Positions 41,842 through 54,291 of a DNA stretch of 64,000 bases are shown here, piece by piece. Source of the stretch: Octopus vulgaris (lineage: Eukaryota); the NCBI GenBank assembly GCA_951406725.2, contig OX597826.1, forward strand, positions 41,726,001 through 41,790,000, written 5' to 3'. The translations under genes and the position numbers were made by a program. How positions within the stretch are numbered: position 1 is the first letter of the stretch; every line of letters starts with the position of its first letter. A model generated the notes under the pieces. It was not told the origin of the DNA. It did not search any database and saw only the letters and a list, made by a program, of their open reading frames with translations.

Positions 41842-42131
41842 GTGTAATTCTGCAGAAAATAGCAAGTCTTTTGTGTGGGAGAAGAATTATAATGATTTAC
41901 AAATGGAGAGAAGGTCCAAACGAAGCCAGTTTGCCTCTAAAATAAATAATTGCAGACTTAATCATAACCCAGTTGAGAAATGTTGTTGCTACAAGCATTT
42001 CAAATGGCAATTTATAAATAGATTTTCAAACATATTTGTTATTTATTAAAGAGCAAATGGTAAATGGTGCTGTTGTAGAGCAGAATATAATGAGTATTAC
42101 TGTGGTGAACATTAGAATCGTTGGGCTAGTT

Positions 42132-43020
42132 GTAAGCTATCGTACAGCTGGGAAAAAGGTAAGCTATTACATTGCAGGACTGGAGGTAAACTACAGTTCC
42201 GCAGGGTTCAGGGTAAACTATTGTACTTCTAGGCAACAGGTAAGCTGCCGTATTGCAGGATTTCAAGTAAACTACCGTACTGCAGGTATGTGGATGAGCT
42301 GCTGTACTGCAGGTAAAGAGGCAAGTTAACATATTTTAGGGTAACAAGTAAACTAACGCACTGCAAGGCAAAAGGTGAGCTCTCATGTTGCAGGACATGA
42401 GACAAGCTATTGTATTGCAGGATAGAGGGAGACTAATGAAGTACAAATCCTAGGGGTGAAGGGAGATGAGTAAGGTATTGTACAATAGCCTAAACTAACG
42501 AACTGTAGAGCATAAGTTAAGTTATCGTACGTACTCTTGGGCAACAGGTGAACTCACATACTTTTATGATGGAAGCACTCCGTCGGTTACGACGACGAGG
42601 GTTCCGGTTGATCCGATCAACGGAACAGCCTGCTCGTGAAATTAACGTGTAAGTGGCTGAGCACTCCACAGACACGTGTACCCTTAACGTAGTTCTCGGG
42701 GATATTCAGCGTGACACAGAGAGTGACAAGGCCGGCCCTTTGAAATACAGGTACAACAGAAACAGGAAGTAAGAGTGAGAGGAAGTTGTGATGAAAGAGT
42801 ACAGCAGGGATCACCACCATCCCTACCGGAGCCTCATGGAGCTTTAGGTGTTTTCGCTCAATAAACACTTACAACGCCCGGTCTGGGAATCAAAACCGCG
42901 ATCCTACGACCGCGAGTCTGCTGCCCTAACCACTGGGCCATTGCGCTTCCACACATACTTGTATAGGGCAAAAGGTAAGCTATTTTATTGCAGGGTAAGA
43001 CGCATGCTATCGTACAGTTT
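42132..43020 (+). repeat. Degenerate 27-bp tandem repeat (11 units in exact register at 42132-42428, further decayed units, split by a SINE)
   Basis: Unit starts at 42132, 42159, 42186, 42213, 42240, 42267, 42294, 42321, 42348, 42375 and 42402. Consensus is approximately GTAAGCTAYYGTACTGCAGGNNNNNAG. Confidence 0.8.
42564..42951 (-). mobile_element. Full-length tRNA-derived SINE with 9-bp TSD
   Basis: Head GGAAGCGCAATGGCCCAGTGGTTAGGGCAGCAGACTCGCGGTCG...GGTTTTGATTCCC. TSD CACATACTT at 42555-42563 and 42952-42960. Confidence 0.9.
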
Positions 43021-45160
43021 TTTAGGCAAGAAATAAACTCGCATATTTTCACTTAACTGAGTTCCTAATTCTTACAACAATAACAACAAATTTTAGCGTC
43101 AACCTGTGCCATACTTAGATATTCCAGCTACAGTTAAGCTGTTTTGTGTCACTTGTAATGAATGCAACGCATGTTCTTGGGGAGATGAAATGGTGCCATT
43201 GATAAGTATTGGACTTACGATTTCAAAACTACTGCTGCTGGTGTTTCGTTGTTCAAATCCACGCTTGCTCTATTAATCTGGCATTTAACCATGGCGTTTT
43301 AACCATGGCCGTCCCGTCAATTTTTCAGGTAAAGTGTATCTAGAACTACATTATCCAATGTGACTTCTTTATTGTTTAAAGATGGTATTGGAGATATTGG
43401 CTGCTCTTTCTAATAAGATCGAGCGATCAGTGGGATTTGAACTCAAACCGTAATAGTTTTTACTGTAAAGTATTTTGTACAACATTTTGCCATGCACTAC
43501 TGCCATTAAAATAATAACTGTTGATAATTTAGAACGTAAGGCCAACATCGATCTCAATATGCGACTGGTGCTTTATTTTATCAAATCAAAAAGTAAGGTT
43601 CACTTCAGCAAGATTTGAACTTAATATGTAGAAAGCCGGAACTAATACAATGTATTTTCCCAGTCTTTAACGATTCTTCCAACTCTGTACCCTTGGCATT
43701 ATGATAATGGTTTCAAAATTTGCCACAGGACCAGCAAAAAACCTCAGGAAATTTAATTACGCCCTTTTGCTGTTCTGCGTTCAAATCCCGTAGTTCAACT
43801 TTGCTTTTCATCATTTCGGGGGCAACAAAATAAAGTGTACCAGTCAAATATTGGAGTTGATTTTTGTGACTGGCAGAATTGTTAGCGTGTCGAACAAAAT
43901 GCTTTACCGCATTTCTTCCGGGTCTTTATATTCTGATTTCAAATCGCGCCGAGATCAACTATGCCGTTTACCATTTCATGGTCGATAAAATGGAGTACAC
44001 ATCAAGTACTGGGGTTGATAGCATCAACTAACTCCCATCCCTTAAAATTGCTGATTTTGTATCTGAATAAGAAACAATCAATCTGGTTACTAAGTCCTAC
44101 TATTTCTTATACTGGAGGTTTAACTACTATTTCTAGTCGTAATTGCGAATATGTAGAGGCCTATTTTTGTGATACTCTCCGTTTGGACATTAGAAGTAGA
44201 AACGAAGTAAATACTAGCTTCTCTCCGGTTTTGAAACTGGTTAGCCATGTTGGCACAGTAGGAGATTATTTCTAACTCTACACCACTCGGTTAACCGTCG
44301 AGTACTAATGATAACGAACTCACATTCTCCCAGTTCTGAGAGTTTGTTCTTTTCCAGTGTACATAACACTTCAGGAAGATAACATGACAGAAAGCTTGTT
44401 CATTGTTGTCCAATTTTGACCAGATAACATTTCTAAAGCAACCCCAGAACGAAATTAGTAAACTTGAAACTTTTTTTTAATGATTTTTGTTCGTAATTTT
44501 ATTTGCTTAGTTTTATATTCTTTTCTTTGATAGTAAAAAAAAGTGTGTGTGTGTGGGTGGGGGGGTGAGTAAGAATGAGGATTTCGTTTTCTATGTCATG
44601 TTCTTTCTATGGCTAATGTTTGTACAACCTTAGCTCGTAGACATCTTTCGCGTTTTATACCACAACATTATTTCAATATGAACTTACCCAGCAATAGCTA
44701 ACGTGGTGTGTACTTTCCTGGGATCTTCTACCCCCTTTTTATGACTCTCTCTCTCTCTCTCTTTCTTTTTTTTTTAAACTTTATTTGTTTTGTTATAGCA
44801 GAAAGGCATTTAGATTTGACATCGATATTGTTAGTCGAACAGAAAAGAAAGAGGACACCTATTGATTGTCAAGAAAGAGAACTTAGCAAATTTAGAGCAG
44901 AAACATAATCGTTTTACAACTGGCTTTATCGCAATCGTTACAGGAAAATCAATCTGTCACCAACCGGAATGCAATATGTCAACTAATATTGGTTTCAAAT
45001 TTTGGTACAAGGCCAGCAAGTTCGGTAGTGGGAGTGAGTCAGTTATATCAACCCCAGTCCACAACCGGTACTTATTTTATCGAACCTGCGAGGATGAAAG
45101 GCAAAGTCAACCTGGGCTGCATTTGAACTCAGAACGAAAAGACGGACGAAATGCCGTTAA

Positions 45161-45586
45161 GTATATACACACCCACGCGTGCATACTCACACATGAATAT
45201 GCATTCATTTCCTGTTCTTTATATACTTGTTTCAGTCTTTGGATTGCTGTCATGCTGGGGCACTCGTGGGCTGAAAACCTATAAAACTTATGCTTTAATC
45301 CAACACTGTATCGGTCATGAATAAATTGAAAGAAAAGTCGATTCTAATCATGTGAGATTTGATAATGGAACACCAAGTGTCACCCCAAGAACGATATTGG
45401 ATTAAAGGTAACTGTATGCGAACTCGGCAGATAGGCTCTGCCTTTAGAACAAAGTGTCTGCCTGATTATTACGGTAAGAGGATAAGTATTTTCTGAAAAT
45501 TCTTCCTTGTACTTTATATTTCAATGAAGAGTTCCGTTCAAAGATTGAACTGAAATACTCCACTGAATTACAATACTTTTAATACA
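45161..45586 (+). repeat. 426-bp local duplication, copy 1 (copy 2 at 58009-58434)
   Basis: Near-identical, same orientation, same length. Confidence 0.95.
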
Positions 45587-45813
45587 GCTCATCGCCTTTA
45601 TGTCTGAACTAGTATTGCTATTTGGAAGAGAAATACAACTTTATGATTGAAGAAGACTTTTAAGGTCCGCCACAAAACAGTTAATTAAGATTTGTAGAAA
45701 TTACATGGATTTAAAAAATTAAAGGGTTGCTAGAAATGCGTGGCACAACTAAACAATATATTTATAACCTTTACTTTATTAGTGATGCGGCAATAAAGGA
45801 CATATCCCTAATA

Positions 45814-46187
45814 TCTCTATATATATAAACGGCAGTTTGTCTGTGCGTGTTTCTGTGTGTCTGTTTGCTTGTACCCTCACCCTGACCACGGCTTTCAACC
45901 GATTCTGATGAAACTTGACACACACATAGCTCAATGTCATAATTCAAAACTAACGCAGCGAAAATTTTGAAAAGTTCCCCCAGTTCTGAAAAAAATCGAT
46001 AAATTCGACATGGGGTCGAGAATCAGAAACACAAACCGCAAACTGTCTAGGGGACGCAACTCCACCTTTTTTTACTCTCCAAAAAAAATTTACCATAATT
46101 TTTTTCCATTTTTTGTCTATAACTCTCTAAAAATGCTTTATAGTTATTTCCCTTACAAACCTGAGCAACGCCGGGCGATACTGCTAG
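45814..46187 (+). mobile_element. Non-autonomous Helitron, different 5' body but shared 3' end
   Basis: A|TCTCTATATATATAAA start. The last ~65 bp (AACTCTCTAAAAATGCT...GCAACGCCGGGCGATACTGCTAG|T) match the other Helitrons. Confidence 0.85.
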
Positions 46188-47205
46188 TATCTAATAAAGA
46201 ACATATATATAATCTTAATTTTATTAGCGACGTACTAATGAAGGATATGTCAATGATATTTGTAATACAGAATATATTTGTAACCTCTTACTTTATTAGT
46301 GATAAATCAATGTATAAGCCTCTACAGGGTCACTTCACTTGCTAGAAATAGCAGAAAAATCGCCTTAAACTCACACCTTACGGTCCTGCTAAAGACCATG
46401 TTAGGTATTGTTCTTAAATTTTATGGAATGGTTACGGCTGGAGTTCCTTTGATCCTAGATCTGCTCGATTAGTTTTGACCTGTAGTTAAACAAGATCGTA
46501 TTTAGGAGATCTCCGTATAAGGTGGTTTGACCTAAAAGAAATATCTGAATTTTCCTCTTTCTCTCTCCACCACCTCTAGACATTTTACTGCCATGTGGTC
46601 TTGAATGCGTATTACCTGAAAGAAGAGGAGAGAGGTCACTACTGGAAAGTTTTTGATCAGATGACTGCTAAGTCAAAGCTGACCCGGAGCTATACGACAA
46701 CAACAACAACAACAACAACATCAGCAATAACTATATTTTCCCGCCTTAAAGTCCTACTCGCATCGAAACCTGCTGAAACCTGCTTCTTCACAGTTTTAAA
46801 ACAAATCGGAGTAGACACACGTGATAAGGCGGCAAAAAAAGAAACGAAAAACCAATGCAAAACAGATGAGCTATCTATAAGATAGTGAGATTAGATCATA
46901 CGTATTTATTAAATATATGCATGTACACTCCGAGGTTACATTCTGTAAATTTTTTTTTAATGTATTTACATTTTATGCGTATATGTACTGTCATAGAATA
47001 TTAATTAATCAATGAGGTGTCAACAAATGTACTGATAGGCAAGTGAGCGAAATTAGACCGTCTTACTCGAAGCATTTCCCCTGTGAAGCTATCTTAAGCA
47101 TTCACTTTCTGTAGGACTGCGTCGATATTTTTCTTAAGCCAGCTCGTCTGTTCTCTAACCAGATGAGAATAGACGAGCTGTTGTTCGTTCAGTTTTGCAG
47201 AGAGC

Positions 47206-47252
<47 letters not shown>

Positions 47253-47382
47253 GGAGATAAAGAGAGGAGGAGGATTGAAGAACAATGAGAACTTCAAATG
47301 TTTTAACCACTTGCGCTAAATACGCTATATGGTTTAGAAGAGATATGTTGAGGAAGTGCTTGCTTGTAATATATAGGAACGA

Positions 47383-48090
47383 GAGGCGGCGTGCAGAATC
47401 GTCAGCACGCCGGGGGGAAATACTCAGCGGCATTTCGTCCGTCTTTACGTTCTAAGTTCAAATTCCGCCGAGGTCGACTTTGCCATCCATTCTTTCGAGA
47501 TCGATAAAATACGTACCACTTGGGGATTAATCGACTCAGCCCTCCCTCGGAATGATGACCTTGCGCCAAAATTTGAAGCCAATATTATATTCGTATGAAA
47601 GGTGGCGAGCTGGCTGAATCGTTACTTCGCCGGCCAAAATGCTTAGCGGCATTTCGTTCATTTTTACATTCTGAGTTAAAATTCCTCAAAGCTTGGCATT
47701 ACCGTGCATCCTTTCGGGAGTCGATAAAGTAAATACCAGTTGATCACTAAGATCAATGTAATCGACTTAACTCCTCCCCAATATTGCTGGTCTGTACAAA
47801 ATTATATATGTGTGAAGGTATGTGTGAGTATGTATTTCTACGTGTAAGCTGTGATCTAGAGTGGCACAGCATTGTTTCGGGAGAAATGTTAAATATTGAT
47901 TTCAAATTTTGGCAATAAGACCAGCAAATTCTGGAAGGGGTAAGACGATTACATTGACCCCAGTTTTCGTTTTGATACTTATCGACCCTGAAAGAATGAA
48001 AGACAAAGTCGACTTCGATCAAATTTGAACTCAGAATATAAAGATGGACGAATGCCGCGAAGCGTTTGCCCGACGTGCTAACGATTCTTT
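47383..48090. mobile_element. Cluster of diverged Meta-like SINE fragments
   Basis: Repeated heads (GGCGGCG.GC.GAATCG..AGCACGCC) and B boxes on both strands. Confidence 0.7.
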
Positions 48091-48094
48091 TCTA

Positions 48095-48847
48095 CTCTAG
48101 GCGCAAGGCCCGAAATTATTTGGGGAGGGGCCAGTCGATTAGTTCGACACCAGTACGCAACTGGTACTTAATTTGTCGACCCCGAAAAAATGAAAAGCGA
48201 AGTCAACCTCGATGGAATTTGAACTCAGAATGTAAAGACAGACGAAATACCTATTTCTTTATTACCCACAAGGGGCTAAACACAGAGGGAACAAACAAGG
48301 ACAGACATAGGTATTAAGTCGATTACATCGACCCCAGTTCGTAACTGGTACTTAATTTATCGACCCCGAAAGGATGAAAGGCAAGTCGACCTCGGCGGAA
48401 TTTGAACTCAGAACGTAGCGACGAGCGAAATACCTATTTCTTTATTACCCACAAGGGGCTAAACACAGAGGGGACAAATAAGGACAGACAAACGGATTAA
48501 GTCGATTACGCACTGGTGCGTAACTGGTATTTATTTAATCGACCCCGAAAGGATGAAAGGCAAAGTCGGCATCGGCGGAATTTGAACTCAGAACGTAAAG
48601 GCAGCCGAAATACCTATTTCTTTACTACCTACAAGGGGCTAAACACAGAGAGGACAAACAAGGACAGACAAACGGATTAAGTCGATTACATTGACCCCAG
48701 TGCGTAACTGGTATTTATTTAATCGACCCCAAAAGGATGAAAGGCAAAATCCACCTCGGCGGAATTTGAACTCAGAACGTAACGGCAGCCGAAATACCGC
48801 TAAGCATTTCGCCCGGCGCGCTAACGACTCTGCCAGCTGGCCGCCTT
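48095..48847 (-). mobile_element. Meta-like SINE tetramer: one head plus ~4 tandem ~180-bp units
   Basis: Anchor TTTGAACTCAGAA at 48218, 48401, 48581 and 48765 (periods 183, 180, 184). Confidence 0.9.
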
Positions 48848-49292
48848 AGACATGCTAAATATTAATAAAAATTACGACAAGAATTGAACTCTTACTTAAA
48901 AAATTAATCAACTCTGATAATTGGGGTAGAAACACACCTTATCAAAAGTGTCAAGTAAACACATCTGGCTTCATTGTTACGTATACACACACGTATTTGT
49001 ATGCGTGTTAACATGTGTATACATATGTACGTTTATGTATACATATATGTATCTACATATGTCTCTATCTCACTCTTTATCTCCATATCTCTCTCTCTCT
49101 CTCTAAATGTATATATATATATATATATATATAAATATATATCAAACATACTTCACAACGTTATAATTCGGGTATTTAGTTTCTATTCAAACACTCGAAC
49201 AGCAGTATACATACACATACACACGCATTCGAACGGACTCTTATATACAGACACAAAGCCCAATATACGCATATAGATGTGTGTGTGCATAA

Positions 49293-49353
<61 letters not shown>

Positions 49354-49417
49354 AACACATATGAATACGTGCGTGTACATGTATGAAAGTGGATATATAT
49401 CTTTGTTTATATAGATA

Positions 49418-49462
<45 letters not shown>

Positions 49463-49708
49463 CCGTAAACAGATATCTATGATTTTCACATGTGCCAATG
49501 AAGAATTCAGCCGTATCTTTGCAACTGACTTGAATTTAAATGTTCGACAGATGTGCTTTATAAACCGTCTTGGAGTCTTTTATGATGATTCAGCAGTATA
49601 TTGGGTTTTAATCGTAAACAATTTTTAAAATGACCCCTTTGCCATTTAACTTGTAAACCTATTTCATATCACTTATATTTCCTCGTTTGGCATATTACTG
49701 AATGACAC

Positions 49709-49783
<75 letters not shown>

Positions 49784-49914
49784 CATATATATATATACAT
49801 ATATATAATTATACATATATATACATATAAACATTTGTATATATACATATATATATACATATATATATATACATATATATATATGTATATATATGTATAT
49901 ATGTATATGTATAT

Positions 49915-49956
<42 letters not shown>

Positions 49957-50216
49957 GCATGTGTATAGTTATATATCCATTACACATGTACATATGTGTT
50001 TAAAAATAAGCATGGGGAACACCCTATACATTTGGGTGTTCTAAAGGAAGAAATCCACACATGTTTGGGAACAGAGACATGTACATACATACATAGATAC
50101 ATAGATAGATAGATACACACACTACGCACGCGCACCTAAACACGCAAACATGTATTTATATACTTGTATAGGTGTTTATGAATGTATGAGTATATGTACA
50201 TAAATAGTGTATATTC

Positions 50217-50254
<38 letters not shown>

Positions 50255-50415
50255 ATGTATATATCCATATACACACACACATATATATATATATATATAA
50301 ATACATATACATATATACGCATACATACATAGCTATATGTATGTATGTATGCATGTATGCATGTATGTATGTATATATATATATATATGCATGCTGTATA
50401 TACATAAACAAAAAG

Positions 50416-50469
50416 GTAGTCTTACAGTTGTTTCAGAGATATAGAAAATGTCTCATCATCAGAGACTAC
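50416..50469 (-). ncRNA. Type I hammerhead ribozyme, intact core
   Basis: GTAGTCT-CTGATGA-T-GAGA(CATTTTCTATA)TCTC-T-GAAACAACTGTA^AGACTAC: 7-bp perfect stem I, CUGAUGA and GAAA core, 4-bp stem II, short stem III and a GUA cleavage triplet. Confidence 0.75.
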
Positions 50470-50560
50470 GATAGAGTTAAATAGAAGGAAATAGTACAGT
50501 TCAATAGGAAGTACAAAGGGAAATATGAGAATATATGTATATGTGTGTGTGCGTGTGTGT

Positions 50561-50608
<48 letters not shown>

Positions 50609-51071
50609 TGTGTGTGTGTGTGTGTGTTGGATGTTAAAAATTGTTGCTCCATTATCCAAGGAATGTGCCGTGTAGAATGGGTAAAGAGGCTTTTTGTCCA
50701 TGGTATATAAATTCCGGTAGGTTTTGATATTTTATAAGTAAAAATGGATAGCGCGCAGATATTAATTCCATGTGCTATTCATTCAACATCTACAAATGTA
50801 GTGTAAATGAAAATTTGAGAATATACTTGTAGGGGGAAATAGATGGAGAGAAGGCAATATATATGTATGTTAGAAGGAAGTAAAAGGATATTGGTCAAAA
50901 GGATTAGGGGAGGAAGGAAGAAAGAAGGAAAAAAGTGCTTGATGGCGATCAAGATATTATGAGGGGGTGGGGAGAAGAAAGTTATCAGTAGATGAAAGGA
51001 AAAGGAGGAAAGATAGAAGGAAGAGATAAGAATGTAATGAAGGGATATGTGTGAATATAGGTAGATAGACA

Positions 51072-51119
<48 letters not shown>

Positions 51120-51399
51120 ACGATGCTGACGTGCTGGTCTCTCTCCTTTTCTACTCTCTCCCCATTCATAATGAAATCTTTGTGTATATATATATATATG
51201 TGCATGTGCTTTTATGTGTGTGTGGGTGTATGTGTGCGCGTGTGTGAGTTTGTGTGAATATAGATATTCACCATTGTCAACCCATAAAATTCTCTATATT
51301 AATTGATCTACATTATTGACTTTCCAGTATTCCCCAATTATGTATTTCACTCACTCAGCCCCTTGTCTCGTATACCGCCAACCCACCACTCTACTACTG

Positions 51400-51433
<34 letters not shown>

Positions 51434-51669
51434 GAGGAGGAGGAGGAGGAGGAGGAGGAGGAAGAGGAGGAGTGTTGCGGGAACATTAAACTTACTTTAT
51501 GACCTGATTCCGATTGCACTATTTATTACTTCATTAACCGATTTTTTGTAGAGCTTCACACGGTATAATACGAATGAAAAATACCTCGGTACATCTATGT
51601 GTATATAAATATATACATACATACATATATATATATATGCGCACATATACGTGTGTATATTTATATCTA

Positions 51670-51755
<86 letters not shown>

Positions 51756-54033
51756 ATCTTCATTATATCATATATACTACATTCCTTCATTCCATTCCAT
51801 ATTTCTTTCCCAAAGGCACTGTTGTCATACCTCTAATGAATGCGAATATAACGGAAGTAGAAGTTCAAAATTATGGTTGCCTTGTTTGAAATTCATCTTT
51901 ACCTGTCACTCCAGGTAGCTTAGTAGAATTGTTTTGTATGTTCGTGTATTCCCCAGAGAGTTCGTGTTTTCCTTTTTTTTCCTTCCAGATTCTCAAATTG
52001 GATGCTGGGTTATAACCAGAACCAATCGTCACTTTCCACTAGCTCTCTTTGATTATATTCATGAGGAGGGGAAATAAAATAGTTAAAGGAATTGGCGCCG
52101 TTAATAGTATCAATGAAAATTCTACTCTCTAAGAGCATAGGAATTTCTTTGGTACTGAGATTAGCGTGTTCAAGAACAATATACATAGAATCGTTAAGAT
52201 TAAAAAATTTTCTTTCTTCATCATTCATATCATTTGAATTTGAACTCAGAATGTAAAGACAGACGAAATACCTATTTCTTTACTACCCACAGGGGGATAA
52301 ACACAGAGGACAAACAAGGACAGACAAACGGATTAAGTCGATTATATCAACCCCAGTGCGTAACTGATCCTTAATTTATCGGCCCCGAAAGGATGAAAGG
52401 CAAAGGATGAAAGGCAAAGTTCAAATGATATGAATGATGAAGAAATAAAATTTTGTAATCTTAACGAAGGAAATGCATCTCAATTTCGGCGTTAACTTAC
52501 TGATCTGCAGGTTACCATTCAGAGTAACAAGAAAATCTATTTCAGAAAACCAGTATATTGAGAAAAGCAGCGTACTGACGACTATGGCATTGCCTCTGTC
52601 CTTATTTTAGAATCTGGAGTAACATCAAAATGGTAACGTCCAGAAGCAGATGTTTAAACAAGAATGAATTTTCAAACAGCTAATAAAACCCTGTTGCTGT
52701 TCAGTGACGAATCTGAACATATGACATCATTTCAGAGAAAGGTACAGCTTGACAAGCATCATACAGACTTGTATAAAGAAGCTGTGCTAGAAATCTGGAT
52801 GAATTTTCCCACTTTGTATTTTCTTCATATCCACTGATACTCTTTTCAGAGGAGACTCGAAATGGAGAATTAATGGCATTCAATAGTTTACAGTTCCTTA
52901 TTATGATTGTTGGGAACTGATTCACATTATATCTGCAAGATTTTTTCGATAAAGTTTTATGAAAAATATTTTAAAGAAATTTTATCCCTAAGGATTAAAA
53001 AAAAAAGTAGCAATAATTACCATTATCATAATAATTCTAATACTCAATGAAGGCAATGGTACTCCTAATTCCACATCTTGTCGAAGAATTTGCAGTTGCC
53101 GTTAGTACTTCAAAGATTATTCTGCAGACTGTAATTCTATGACTCTTGCACTGCACTGACGATGCTAAAGTTGATTCTATCATCATACAGCCAGGAACAG
53201 GGAGAGATACCACCGCTCCGTGAAGCCGTGGATGTGTATCTCAAAAGAAATGTCGTTAGAAGGATTTAGATTATATTTCATAAGTTATTTGTAACTATGC
53301 AAGACTCCCGAAATCATGGTTGGATTGAGGAATATAAGATTCTTGTCCCACTATGGCCACCTTGTAAAAGAAGTCTTCAACTTTCATATAAAATGTTCCG
53401 GCACAACATTATATGTCTTCTTTAAGTTTGGCTGTTTGAAGCCTTGAATGATAATGGAGGGATCTTTATAATTCATGTATTCAATACTTTACTATTAAAC
53501 AAGCGTATTGCACGGTGGACTGGAAACCGGAAACATATGATAGCGAAGCGAGTTTCTTAAACGCAAAGCTATTGGCTCGGAACAGACTTCTACTGAAAAT
53601 AATGCTTTAATTTCTCACAACTACATACTATTGGTCACGTTAATCTATAGAGCTGGTTGTTAGCTCCAGCATCTGTAGTGTTAGACGCGAAGAGAACTCT
53701 GGACTATTGCAATAGGTTATTTAATCTCGAGAGTAATTGAAATTAGCTCTGCCAGCTAACAAACATCTCCATGGCGGTAAATAACGCCCTTTCTTTAAAG
53801 AGAGGCAATAAGAGAGAATCTATGCAGTTACTCAATTTTCTGGGAGTTGTACCATACCAAATGTATTCAAATCATATTCTGCCGTATTAAAAGGTGTCAC
53901 ATTAGATAATGGAGACTAAATATACGCTTTTAGAAGAGAAAGAAGGGATATTCACCGCTGGACCGCTTTTGGCCACAGGGATGCGCCATCAGAGTTAATC
54001 TGGGATTAATTAACAACAGCTCTCTATTTAAAG

Positions 54034-54291
54034 CAGTGTTTCTCAACCCTTTTTTTGCCTGGATCACCTTTTTGATTCTTATTTTACTCGAACTGACCTT
54101 CATAACTATTCGCTGTTTAAAAGATCCTATTATATTTTTATAATTAACTAGTAATACAATTTGTATTTAAAAAATTGTTAAAATGTTTTGCGTATTGTAG
54201 AAGCAAAACCAATTTATTGTACATAAATCTTAACAACAAAATCTTACAATAGAGCCCAAAGGGTCATATGGGCGGCGGTTGAGAACCAATA
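54034..54291. mobile_element. hAT (Charlie-like) MITE
   Basis: CAGTGTTTCTCAACC ... GGTTGAGAACCAAT, imperfect TIRs; TSD not clear. Confidence 0.6.

Noticed and set aside
42880-42951. tRNA gene
   Set aside because: The tRNA-like sequence is the head of a SINE with a body, a tail and a TSD.
49487-49555. Hammerhead-like fold (CCAATGA, 8-bp stem II)
   Set aside because: Both core strands are mutated (no GAAA); too degenerate to call as a feature.
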